Part shown: positions 19,333 through 28,732 of the stretch, one piece after another
Layout: every line of letters begins with the position of its first letter
How positions within the stretch are numbered: position 1 is the first letter of the stretch
Program-made: the position numbers and the translations under genes
The notes under the pieces: generated by a model
Told to the model about the DNA's origin: nothing
The model's database searches: none
What the model saw: the letters and a program-made list of their open reading frames with translations, nothing else
IMG/VR virus record: IMGVR_UViG_3300032266_000996
Location: 1-31,568 of that record
Direction: 5' to 3' (one strand)
DNA length: 31,568 nt
Origin: a virus
Lineage: Duplodnaviria > Caudoviricetes

Positions 19333-21912
19333 ATGGCCAGTAAAGACATAATCAGAGTTCCCGATTATAATGATATAAGACAAGAAATCATAAAGGTTCT
19401 TTCAGTGGGTCAGGGAACCTATGGATATGGTCAGCCTGTCAATGCTAGTAACGTGGCAGTTGGAAATTTTATTACCAAATCGCAATGGGATGCTTTGAGA
19501 TATGATATTGTTAATGCACTGATACACCAAACTGGCGCTATACCTTCTCTCCCTGCACCTGAGTTAGGCGATATAATCGAATACGGAGATCAACAACCTA
19601 ACTATCGATACATGGATCTTGCGTTGCTAGCACAGAGAAATAGATTTAATGTCGCAGACGGACAATATGCTATCGAAACCATTACTAATAAAGTTCAAGA
19701 TGTATCCTTTAGCATTGGGGTTGAGATTGTTATTACTGTAGAATTTTCAACAGCAGAAAGAGCAAGGCATTATTTTAATAGTGGTAGTAAACTTAAATTC
19801 TCTGTTGGATTCGATGATACTTTAGGATCTCCTCAGAGTAGATCGTGGGAAACACTAACTGCTAGCACTGGAAATATACTATTCGGTGGTACTACACTTG
19901 AAGTGAGTTTTTATGAACTTACTGATCGAGATCAGATATTTTTTCGATATTCTCGAGGGGGAATTTATAATCAAAATTCTTTAATATGTAACGTTAGATC
20001 TAATGTATCTAATAACTCAAATGGCGGTGCAACGGTTCTAATTTTTACTTTTACGCTCAATGATGCATATACTGATGTTGATGACACAGTGAATCCCGAT
20101 CTTGTAGCAGGTCGAATATCAGTGACAGTTGGTCAATATCGAGCAACCGGCACGCTATTTCCTGCATTGATTCCTAATTCTTTTTCTATAGCGGGTCCTA
20201 GTAGTGTTATAATATCTAATTTTGTTCCTAATCTCTTTCTACCTTTTCCTGTTATACGGAGTTTATATGCAACTCCTAATCCTGTTAGCTTTGGAAATAT
20301 TGCTAGACTCGAATGGAGGACTAGAAATTCAATTTATACCTATATAGAAGGATACGGCAGGGTGCAAAGCTCGGGGCCATTTTCTGCTCAATCGGGTAGT
20401 TTAGACCTAATAGGATCTGAAACAAAAACTTATAGATTAGTTGCATCAAACAGTCTAGGCTCGACGAGTCAGGACAAGACCATCGTAGTTACAGTACCGC
20501 CAGTGATACCGATAGTTCCGATTTACACATTGTCAGTATTGCCGACAGATACAGTAAGTGAAGGCAGTTCTGTGACGTTTACTCTTAGAACTACAGGTGT
20601 AGCAGATGATTCGTTGATTCCATACACTATAACCGGAATCAATTCTGCAGATATTAATAATGCACCTCTGACTGGCAATTTTACAGTATCTGGAGGAATA
20701 GCAACACGGACATTTACTATTTCTAGAGACGAGACCACCGAAGGCGAAGAACTGTTAACAATGAGATTAACAGATATTCCTTCGGTAACCGCTGCTGTGA
20801 GGATTGTGGATTCATCTACAACTCCGCCTTTGCCTCCTCCGCCGACTTTAACTCTCACTGCATCGAGAACTTCAATGACGGTTGGCCAGTCAGTGACTAT
20901 GTCATTTATTGTAAGCAATGCTACGGTATTATATTCGAACAGCGAAAATCTCACAAATATAGTACCTGCTACTAATATCACTTATAAAATACCGTCAGGT
21001 AATGAAACGTTGTCGCCAAATTTAGCAAACAGTTATCAATATATTATTACAGCTATTGGTGCCGCGGGTGTTGTTACTAAGAGTGTAACATTTACTGTTG
21101 ATTCGATTTATGTGCCACCTCCACCACCACCTCCACCACCACCTCCACCACCACCTCCACCACCACCTCCACCGGTTATAGTTCCTGCCCCTGAACCACC
21201 TCCCGACCCCCCGAGGAGGACTGCTCGTACAGTGAATGTGACATTAACTTCGTCAGGCGGCGGAATTTTTGGAGGATCTTTCCCTTATTGGACAGTACCG
21301 GAAGAAGTAACATCTGTAGAAGTTATCTGTATTGGTGGTGGCGCCGGTGGCTCGTCGGGCAGCGAGGGTAATCCATATCTTTCTGGAGGCGGTGGCGGCG
21401 GCTCAGGCGGAATTGTTACCGGAACTTTATCGGTAGTCCCGGGAAGCAGAATACGATATTCAACAGGCAGTGGTGGGTCTGGAGCAGTATCGACTAGTCC
21501 TGGTGGAGCGCAAGGCGGCGCCGGAGGCAATACCTTTTTTGGTTCGATTGTTGCAGCAGGTGGGTCTCCGTCACCTGGAGGGGTAGGTAGTAGCCATTAT
21601 AATCAGGGCGGTCCTGCAGGCCCGGGCGGCACGTCTGGTGAAAACGGGGAGATTCGTAGAGAAAATACCAGAACACAAAATGTCATGTCTGGCGGCTCCG
21701 GCGGTGGTGTGTCGGGGTATAGTAGTGGAGGAAGTGGAGGTCCGGGAGTTAGCACAGGTTCTGCATCAGCTTCTATCAGAAATGGTGCAAATGGTTCTGG
21801 ACCGGGATCTGGAGGCGGCGGCGGCAATGGCGGTCGAAACGATGGTCTACAAGGGTCGGGAGGTTCGGGTGCTAGGGGAGAAATTTATCTTTCGTATACC
21901 ATTTACGTCTAA
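19333..21912 (+). CDS. Virion structural/adhesin-like protein, paralogue 3 with Ig-like domains, poly-Pro linker and Gly-rich C-terminal domain
   Basis: First ~300 aa match the two preceding ORFs; then Ig/Calx-beta-like segments (VSEGSSVTFTL...DETTEGEELLTMRL), 20 consecutive Pro, and a WTVP..VTSVEVICIGGGAGG...GGGGGSGG Gly-rich domain common in phage fibres/adhesins. Confidence 0.7.
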   Translation: MASKDIIRVPDYNDIRQEIIKVLSVGQGTYGYGQPVNASNVAVGNFITKSQWDALRYDIVNALIHQTGAIPSLPAPELGDIIEYGDQQPNYRYMDLALLAQRNRFNVADGQYAIETITNKVQDVSFSIGVEIVITVEFSTAERARHYFNSGSKLKFSVGFDDTLGSPQSRSWETLTASTGNILFGGTTLEVSFYELTDRDQIFFRYSRGGIYNQNSLICNVRSNVSNNSNGGATVLIFTFTLNDAYTDVDDTVNPDLVAGRISVTVGQYRATGTLFPALIPNSFSIAGPSSVIISNFVPNLFLPFPVIRSLYATPNPVSFGNIARLEWRTRNSIYTYIEGYGRVQSSGPFSAQSGSLDLIGSETKTYRLVASNSLGSTSQDKTIVVTVPPVIPIVPIYTLSVLPTDTVSEGSSVTFTLRTTGVADDSLIPYTITGINSADINNAPLTGNFTVSGGIATRTFTISRDETTEGEELLTMRLTDIPSVTAAVRIVDSSTTPPLPPPPTLTLTASRTSMTVGQSVTMSFIVSNATVLYSNSENLTNIVPATNITYKIPSGNETLSPNLANSYQYIITAIGAAGVVTKSVTFTVDSIYVPPPPPPPPPPPPPPPPPPPPVIVPAPEPPPDPPRRTARTVNVTLTSSGGGIFGGSFPYWTVPEEVTSVEVICIGGGAGGSSGSEGNPYLSGGGGGGSGGIVTGTLSVVPGSRIRYSTGSGGSGAVSTSPGGAQGGAGGNTFFGSIVAAGGSPSPGGVGSSHYNQGGPAGPGGTSGENGEIRRENTRTQNVMSGGSGGGVSGYSSGGSGGPGVSTGSASASIRNGANGSGPGSGGGGGNGGRNDGLQGSGGSGARGEIYLSYTIYV
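21115..21173 (+). repeat. 12-bp tandem repeat (CCACCTCCACCA) x~4.9 encoding poly-proline
   Basis: CCT recurs exactly every 4th codon (21118, 21130, 21142, 21154, 21166) among CCA codons; 20 Pro codons span 21115-21174. Confidence 0.95.
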
Positions 21913-21935
21913 ATTTAAATAGTCACATTTTTTTC

Positions 21936-21983
21936 TGATCTCCGTAGTGGTCTATAAATAAACTACACAGTTAATGGAGATCA
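21936..21983 (+). promoter_or_regulatory. SD-sequestering RNA hairpin with the late promoter in its loop
   Basis: TGATCTCC (21936-43) pairs with GGAGATCA (21976-83, contains SD GGAG; ATG at 21985). Inner GTAGT (21944-48) pairs with ACTAC (21962-66). Confidence 0.75.
21953..21960 (+). promoter_or_regulatory. Canonical T4-type late promoter TATAAATA
   Basis: Perfect consensus in the largest intergenic gap, 24 nt upstream of ATG 21985. Confidence 0.85.
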
Positions 21984-21984
21984 T

Positions 21985-22335
21985 ATGGACACTCTGCTTA
22001 ATAAAGCATTAGAATTTTCTAATTATAAACAAACACTTGCAGTTCAGCGCAAGATACTCAAAGAAAAAGTCGACGCAAGATTGACTTTTGGTTACTCCGG
22101 CGGTATTTTTAAAATTGACCGTAATTTAATTTGCTTTATTCAATTTTTAATTGATCAGGAAAGAATTAAAGATGTAGTTCTTTTAGATATCAACGAAAAT
22201 CCTGTATTAATCGAAGATCTTCTAATGTTTAGAGACGAAATCCTGGATAGATATTTTACGTCAACTAACGAATATTATCAAGAATATGAAAAGATTCGTA
22301 AAAGTAGAACAGTAGAAAAATTGGTAGATCTATGA
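21985..22335 (+). CDS. Hypothetical 116-aa protein, possibly a fibre-assembly chaperone-like protein
   Basis: Strong SD GGAG and promoter; the ORF is secure. Function is inferred only from size, position after fibre genes and loose resemblance to DUF4376-type proteins. Confidence 0.55.
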   Translation: MDTLLNKALEFSNYKQTLAVQRKILKEKVDARLTFGYSGGIFKIDRNLICFIQFLIDQERIKDVVLLDINENPVLIEDLLMFRDEILDRYFTSTNEYYQEYEKIRKSRTVEKLVDL

Positions 22336-23192
22336 CTCGAGGTGTGTTATTGTTTGCCCATAATAATAGAGAAGTTGACTACGCTCTATTATCGATCATT
22401 GCTGGCAGTTTGGCCAAGAAATTTCTTGATGTTCCGGTATCGTTGATTACAGATCGAGAAACAAAAGATTGGATGAAAGAATCTGGGATTATAGATCGAG
22501 CCGAAGCTGTATTTGATAAGATCATTTTGACCCCCAGGGTGGTTACAGATAATACTAGAAAGCTCAATGACGGTGTAGAATCTAAGTTAGTGCCATTTAT
22601 TAATTCTACCAGATGTTTGGCCTATGATCTAACACCATATGATAGAACACTTCTGATTGATAGTGATTTTTTGATATTGTCAAATCGATTGGCTTCTTAT
22701 TGGGATCACCCCGCTAGTGTGATGGTGGGCGAATCTATCAATGATATTGTTGGTAATCGGATAGGGTATCTTGATAAAACAGTTTCTGAAACAGGTCCAA
22801 AATTATATTGGGCTACGACTGTAATGTTTAGTAAGGATCAAGAAGCTAAATTGTTTTTTGATGCATTGAAAACAGTTAATCAAGAATACGAAGTATTTGC
22901 AGATCTGTATAGATATGGTACTAAACAATTTAGAAATGATATTTCTTTTAGCATAGTCAAACATATTATGGATGGGTTTTCTACTGATACTACAACCTGT
23001 CTTCCTCCGCTATTAACTGTTCAAGACAAGGATATGCTGATTAAAGTGTCCGGCACTCAACTTCATTTTTTATTGAATAGCAATCAGGTGCCTGACACAT
23101 ATTTTGTTGGAGCGATCAAGGATACTGATGTACATATCATGAATAAGCAAAGTATTATTAGAAACGGCATTGATCTTTTGGAGCTACTATGA
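22332..23192 (+). CDS. GT-A fold glycosyltransferase-like protein (GT8-like)
   Basis: N-terminal GVLLFA strand, VSLITD, and TPYDRTLLIDSD DxD motif (22659-22667); ATGA overlap with the upstream gene. Confidence 0.7.
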   Translation: MTRGVLLFAHNNREVDYALLSIIAGSLAKKFLDVPVSLITDRETKDWMKESGIIDRAEAVFDKIILTPRVVTDNTRKLNDGVESKLVPFINSTRCLAYDLTPYDRTLLIDSDFLILSNRLASYWDHPASVMVGESINDIVGNRIGYLDKTVSETGPKLYWATTVMFSKDQEAKLFFDALKTVNQEYEVFADLYRYGTKQFRNDISFSIVKHIMDGFSTDTTTCLPPLLTVQDKDMLIKVSGTQLHFLLNSNQVPDTYFVGAIKDTDVHIMNKQSIIRNGIDLLELL

Positions 23193-24028
23193 GTTTTGGA
23201 TATCTTATAATTGCAGCTAAGAATTCTCAGATTGATTATCACAAACTGGCCTATGCACTAGCAGTCAGCATCAAAAATACTCAAAAATGGGGATTTAATA
23301 ATGTAGCATTGATCACCGACGACCCTACTGACCTTGAAAGATTCAAATCTCCCTGGGTATTTGATCAAGTGATTACATGGAATAAACAAAAAGGATGGAA
23401 TGGTAGATCCTACATGGATCAGTTAACTCCGTGGGATCATACTGTGTGTCTCGATGCAGATATGATATTTCAACGAGATTTTAGCCATTGTATTGAATAC
23501 TTTATTGAAAACTGTGAGCTTTATGTGGCCAATGACTCTTGGACTTACAGAGGTGATAAAGTCACTGGTGACTTTTATAGAAAAGCATTCACTAAAAATG
23601 ATCTTCCTAATTTGTATAGTTTTTTCACATATTTTAAAAAGGATTCGGATCTAGCTAAAGAATTTTTTACATTGGGTCGATATATTATTGAAAATCCAAA
23701 AGAATTTTCTAATATGTTTTTGTCTAATGCCAAGCCAAAAATTATGGGCACCGACGAAGCATTTGCCTTGTCGTCGAAAATACTTGATATCACTGATCAA
23801 ATAGCATATCCTTTGGAATTTCCCAAGGTAGTACATATGAAAGGTATGATTCAAGATTGGCCGTGGCCTGCCGATACCTGGTCAGATCATGTAGGATTTT
23901 ATTTTGATCCTGCTAATAAATTAAAGATTGGAAATTTTATTCAAACAGACATCGTACACTATGTTGATAAAACAATTATTACAGACGAGATTGTGAGTCT
24001 ACAAGAGGAAATATTATGGCAGAAATAG
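23189..24028 (+). CDS. GT-A fold glycosyltransferase-like protein (GT8-like), paralogue of the upstream gene
   Basis: GYLIIA, VALITD, FDQVI, TPWDHTVCLDADM (23453-23461), TDEAF and VHMK align with the upstream paralogue; ATGA overlap. Confidence 0.72.
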   Translation: MSFGYLIIAAKNSQIDYHKLAYALAVSIKNTQKWGFNNVALITDDPTDLERFKSPWVFDQVITWNKQKGWNGRSYMDQLTPWDHTVCLDADMIFQRDFSHCIEYFIENCELYVANDSWTYRGDKVTGDFYRKAFTKNDLPNLYSFFTYFKKDSDLAKEFFTLGRYIIENPKEFSNMFLSNAKPKIMGTDEAFALSSKILDITDQIAYPLEFPKVVHMKGMIQDWPWPADTWSDHVGFYFDPANKLKIGNFIQTDIVHYVDKTIITDEIVSLQEEILWQK

Positions 24029-24630
24029 ACTTTGACGAATGGATCAAAGAATTTAAAATTAAACCAGTAAAATATTTTGCATTATTCGATCCGGTCTCGG
24101 GTGGTATCACGGGAATATACCCAGAATCAGCACTGCCTAATTCGTCGCAGGTTGTAGAAATTGACGACGAAACTGCTAGTCTTATTCAAGAGGGCAAAAT
24201 ACAATTACAAAATTGTTTTGTTGATTTAGATTCTGGAAAATTAGAAATTGCAGAATTAAAGGTACTCAATAAAATTGATGATCTGCTACATCGGATTATT
24301 GAAAAGAAATGGAGTTTGGTCGAAAAAGAAGATGTATATGTAAAATATCTATCAACTTCTAAATCTTTAAGATTTGAATTGACAGACAGACTTGGCGGAA
24401 CAAGAAAATCTGGATCTCAAAGTAAAAGGAAATTACACTGGGATGGGTCTACTACGATGACATTCTTAATTACAAATTATAATGATCCCAATGTTATCTA
24501 TGAAATTGTAAGATTTAAAATTGAGGACATTGTAGGTAAATCTAAGACATATAAACTAAAAACTACTCCTGAACAGTTCAGTATCTACACTAAAAGAATT
24601 TTTCCTAACTATATAATCGAGAAAAAATGA
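24016..24630 (+). CDS. Hypothetical 204-aa protein
   Basis: SD GAGG, overlaps both neighbours; no recognisable motif. Confidence 0.6.
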   Translation: MAEIDFDEWIKEFKIKPVKYFALFDPVSGGITGIYPESALPNSSQVVEIDDETASLIQEGKIQLQNCFVDLDSGKLEIAELKVLNKIDDLLHRIIEKKWSLVEKEDVYVKYLSTSKSLRFELTDRLGGTRKSGSQSKRKLHWDGSTTMTFLITNYNDPNVIYEIVRFKIEDIVGKSKTYKLKTTPEQFSIYTKRIFPNYIIEKK

Positions 24631-25535
24631 AAACTATTGAATTTGATATTATCTTTTTAAGCTACGACGAACCTAATGCAGATTTGCACTATGCAGATCT
24701 ATGTAACAAAGTTCCTTGGGCTAAACGAATACATGGTGTCAAAGGTAGTGATCATGCTCACAAGGCGGCAGCCGAAGCCAGTGAAACTGACTGGTTTGTC
24801 ACAGTAGATGCTGACAATATTGTAGATACTAAATTTTTTGGTCTTGAATTAGAAATGAGAGATCCTAGGATTCAAGTATATGGATGGTGCGGGAGAAATC
24901 GAGTAAATGCATTGCGATATGGCAATGGCGGATTAAAGATCTGGAAGAAAGAATTCGTGCTTGGGATGAAAACTCACGAAAATTCGGACAGCGATCGGGG
25001 TCAAGTTGATTTTTGTTGGGAAGATGGCTATCAAAACTTTCCTATGAGTTTTAGTGAAAGTATAGTTACCGGTAGTCCTTTTCAAGCATGGAGGGCAGGA
25101 TTCCGTGAAGGTGTTAAGATGACATTGCTTGATGGGATCAAAGTTCCACCTCAAGAAATTCAGCAGAGGATTTGGTGGCATAACATACACAGACTTCGCA
25201 TGTGGAGTACAGTTGGTGCTCATGAAGAACATGGAAATTTTGCAGTATTAGGTGCTAGAATGGGAACATACATGGCTAATTGTACAGATTGGAACTACAT
25301 AGATGTTCGAGATTTCGAAATCTTAAGAGATATTTACAATGAACAGGTCAAACCACATGAAAGCAATGCTGCGTGGGTCACGGAAAAAACAGTGGAGTTA
25401 GGAGAACGAATTAGTCTAGATCTTGGTCTTCATTGGGCAAATTATGATGTTGTGCAAAGTAAAAATGTTTTTGACATTTATAATGAAACAATAGAATTGT
25501 GTAGGACTTATTTTAGGATGCCAGAAGATGTATGA
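24627..25535 (+). CDS. Glycosyltransferase-like protein (GT-A, GT2-like core)
   Basis: DIIFLSYDE strand, G..HAH..AA....TDWFVTVDAD (24807-24815), YGNGGLKIW and AWRAGFREGVKM; paralogous over its length to the domain at 28058-28732. Confidence 0.7.
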   Translation: MKTIEFDIIFLSYDEPNADLHYADLCNKVPWAKRIHGVKGSDHAHKAAAEASETDWFVTVDADNIVDTKFFGLELEMRDPRIQVYGWCGRNRVNALRYGNGGLKIWKKEFVLGMKTHENSDSDRGQVDFCWEDGYQNFPMSFSESIVTGSPFQAWRAGFREGVKMTLLDGIKVPPQEIQQRIWWHNIHRLRMWSTVGAHEEHGNFAVLGARMGTYMANCTDWNYIDVRDFEILRDIYNEQVKPHESNAAWVTEKTVELGERISLDLGLHWANYDVVQSKNVFDIYNETIELCRTYFRMPEDV

Positions 25536-28500
25536 TATTTTTTATGTTAGCCGTTCCAATATCGACGATAAAGATTGGGAAGATTTTAAATTAAGATTTC
25601 CATCAGCTCAGAAATTTGAAAACATCAGAACCTTTGATGAACTTAAATCTAAAGCATTTACAAAAATGTTTTGGGTTATCTGGAGCGACCTCAATGTTAA
25701 AGAAGATTTTAAATTAGATTATGTTGTTCCTAAGTGGGATTTACAATATATACATGTTTTTAAAAACAATGAACAATATGATGGAGTGACTTTATTCCCC
25801 AAATCGTCGATTGTTAGCAACAAAGAATTTGAAGCTAGATTCTATGTTAATAAAAAAGAAATGGATATAGTTGCATCTACACCTAAGATCTACGATATTT
25901 TCGTTATTGATAGATACGAAGACTATATCAATGCATTAGAGAAGTCGTCAACTGATATGTTTTGGATGACATCTAATAATATCAAACCACATCCTAGTTT
26001 TACGTTTGATTTTTATATACCTCATCATAATTTAGTTGATAGATCTCAAAATCATGCTTTCTTACATAGAACAGGATTAGTAGAATCATATAATGGTATC
26101 TTTCTATGTTCTAAGAAACACGTTATGGTAAAAAAGGAAATCGAAAATAGATTTCCTATAGTGCGAAAAGAGTGGGATGTCTTAGCCAGTGTTCCTAACG
26201 AATACGGCCAGTTTTCTTTTACTATCGAAACGTATGAAGATTATTTGGCTGCGCTAGATCGAAGTGATATAACTGAATTATTCTGGTTCATACCCAGCGA
26301 TGTTAAAGTAGCGGACGATTTTAATTTCGATACGTATTTTACCCATGAAAACGATTACGATAGAAAAATGAATCATGTATTTCTAAATGGCGAACATTAT
26401 GATGGGGTTATGCTTTTAAGTAAACACAAGAAAATTTCTGAGAAAGAATTTAATCATAGATTTTTAGTGGATAAAAAAGAATGGGACCTTGTAGCGAGTA
26501 TGCCTAAGAAGTTTGATGTATTTTATATTGACACCTATGAAGAATATCAAGCAGCTTTAGAAAAAACAACAACTGAAATGTTCTGGATGACATCTAGAAA
26601 CTTAACACCGACGGATGATTTCAAATTTGACATTTATATCAGTCATCATAATACCATAGACAGAAATCAAACTCATGCATTTATACATAGGGTAGGGGAA
26701 AAAGATTCTTATAATGGAATTTTTCTTTGTTCAAAAAACAAACCCTTAACTAAAAAAGAGGTAGAACACAGATTCCCAATTGAAAGAAAAGAATGGGATA
26801 TTGTAGCCAGTGGACCTGTTGTTTACGCCAAATATGTCTATAATCAAAACCTATGATGATTATCTCGATGCGATCGAGAATTCTCCCACTGAGATGTTTT
26901 GGTTTATTCCTGATGATGTTGTAGTTTCGCCTAATTTTAATTTTGACATATATTTTCCTATCGAAAACGATTACGATAGAAAAATGAATCATGTATTTCT
27001 AAATGGTGAGCATTACGACGGTATTGTATTGTTTAGTAGACATAAAAAAATTTCCAAGAAAGAGTTTAATCATAGATTTTTCGTTGAAAAAAAGGAGTGG
27101 GATCTTGTAGCAAGTACTCCCAAAAAGTTTGATGTTTTTTATATTGACACCTATGAAGAATATCAAGCAGCCTTAGAAAAAACAACAACTGAAATGTTCT
27201 GGATGACATCTAGGAACCTGCAACCTATCGAAGATTTTGATTTTAGTTTTTATATCAGTCATCATAATACCATAGACAGAAATCAAAATCATGCATTTAT
27301 CCATAAGGTCGACGGAGTAGATAGCTTTAACGGAATTTTTTTATGCAGCAAACACAGACACTTGACCAAAAAAGAGGTAGAACACAGGTTCCCGATTGAA
27401 AGAAAAGAATGGGATATTGTAGCCAGTCGAGAAACAGTTTATGAAAAATATTTTGATATTCAAACTTACGAAGACTATCTAACTGTATTAGATCGAAGTG
27501 ATATAACTGAATTATTCTGGTTCATACCCAGCGATGTTAAAGTAGCGGACGATTTTAATTTCGATATCTATTTCGCCCACGATAATGAATATGACAGAAA
27601 AATTAATCATGTATTTCTAAATGGCGAACATTATGATGGGGTTATGCTTTTAAGTAAACACAAGAAAATTTCCAAGAAAGAATTTAATCATAGATTTTTG
27701 GTAGAGAAAAAAGAATGGAATGTTATTGCAAGTACTCCTAAACAGTTTGATAGATTCGTTTTAAACAGCTACGATGATTATGAAAACGCTATCAAGGCAA
27801 GTTCTACAGAAATGTTTTGGGGACTGTGGTCAAACATTGAGATAATAAATGAATCTATTTTTGATCTATATTTTAGTCATCATAACAGTTATGACAGAGC
27901 AGAAAATCATGTGTTCAAACATATCTTTAGACAAGAAGAAACATACAATAATGGCATAGTGTTATTTTCTAAAAACAAAATAATTAGAAAAAAAGAATTT
28001 GATTATAGATTTTTAATTCAAAAGAAAGAGCATGATATTATATCCTCGAAATTGAAACCTTACGATATTATTTTTATAAGCTATAACGAACCAAATGCAG
28101 ATAAAAATTGGCAAGAATTAAAAACAAATTTTCCTCGTGCTTTGAGAGTCCATGGAATCAAGGGCATACACCAAGCGCACATTAAATCAGCCGAAATCGC
28201 AACCACTGAAATGTTTTGGGTAGTCGACGCTGATGCTATTATAGAATCTAGTTTTAATTTTGATTATGAAGTTTCGTCATATGAAAATGACACAGTTCAC
28301 GTGTGGCGAAGTAGAAATCCAATAAATGATTTAAGTTACGGGTATGGCGGAGTCAAACTATTGCCTAGAGAACTTACCGTTGGTATGGATGTGACAACTT
28401 CGGACATGACAACTTCAATTAGTAAAAACTTTAAGATCATAGATCAAATTTCAAATATCACTGAATTTAACACGGATCCTTTCAATACCTGGAAGTCAGC

Positions 28501-28732
28501 TTTCAGAGAATGCGTGAAACTAAGTAGTAGAACAATTGATAGACAGGATGATGAGGAAACAATTAAACGTCTAGATATATGGTGCAGTGTTGGCTATGAT
28601 AAACCATTTGGAGAATACGCTTTAAAAGGAGCCAAGGCGGGCAAAGAATATGGCGAAAAGTGTAAAGGCAATAAAGAATTATTGGCAAAAATTAATGATT
28701 TCGATTGGCTACGACGACAATATGACATTTAA
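25528..28732 (+). CDS. Repeat-array glycosyltransferase-like protein (~1067 aa if joined), split into 25528-26856 and 26810/26834-28732 by a +1 frameshift near 26842
   Basis: Eight ~100-120-aa repeats continue across the frame change. Removing one A at 26842-43 gives YAKYVYIKTYDDYL, matching the sister repeat YEKYFDIQTYEDYL. Intact DAD domain at the C-terminus (28226-28234). Confidence 0.75.
26255..27672 (+). repeat. Intragenic direct repeats, period ~616-618 bp
   Basis: Exact 78 bp 26255-26332 = 27489-27566; exact 68 bp 26371-26438 = 27605-27672; exact 44 bp 26347-26390 = 26963-27006; 77 bp with 1 mismatch 26521-26597 vs 27137-27213. Confidence 0.9.

Noticed and set aside
21638-21922. Alternate-frame plus-strand ORFs (also 6920-7108 and 14249-14464)
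   Set aside because: Nested in other genes, non-ATG starts, no motif; 21638-21922 is a by-product of Gly-codon-rich sequence.
21910-21935. T7 run at 21928-21934 as a possible intrinsic terminator
   Set aside because: No GC-rich stem precedes it, only the AT palindrome ATTTAAAT.
26848-26857. CTA TGA as a prfB-like programmed +1 frameshift site
   Set aside because: prfB uses CTT TGA with an SD just upstream; CUA to UAU re-pairing is poor, no SD is present, and alignment puts the extra base about 10 nt earlier.
26255-27672. Repeats as a CRISPR array or DGR template/variable pair
   Set aside because: They are in-frame protein repeats with ~600-bp period; differences are not adenine-specific, and no cas or reverse transcriptase gene is present in the window.
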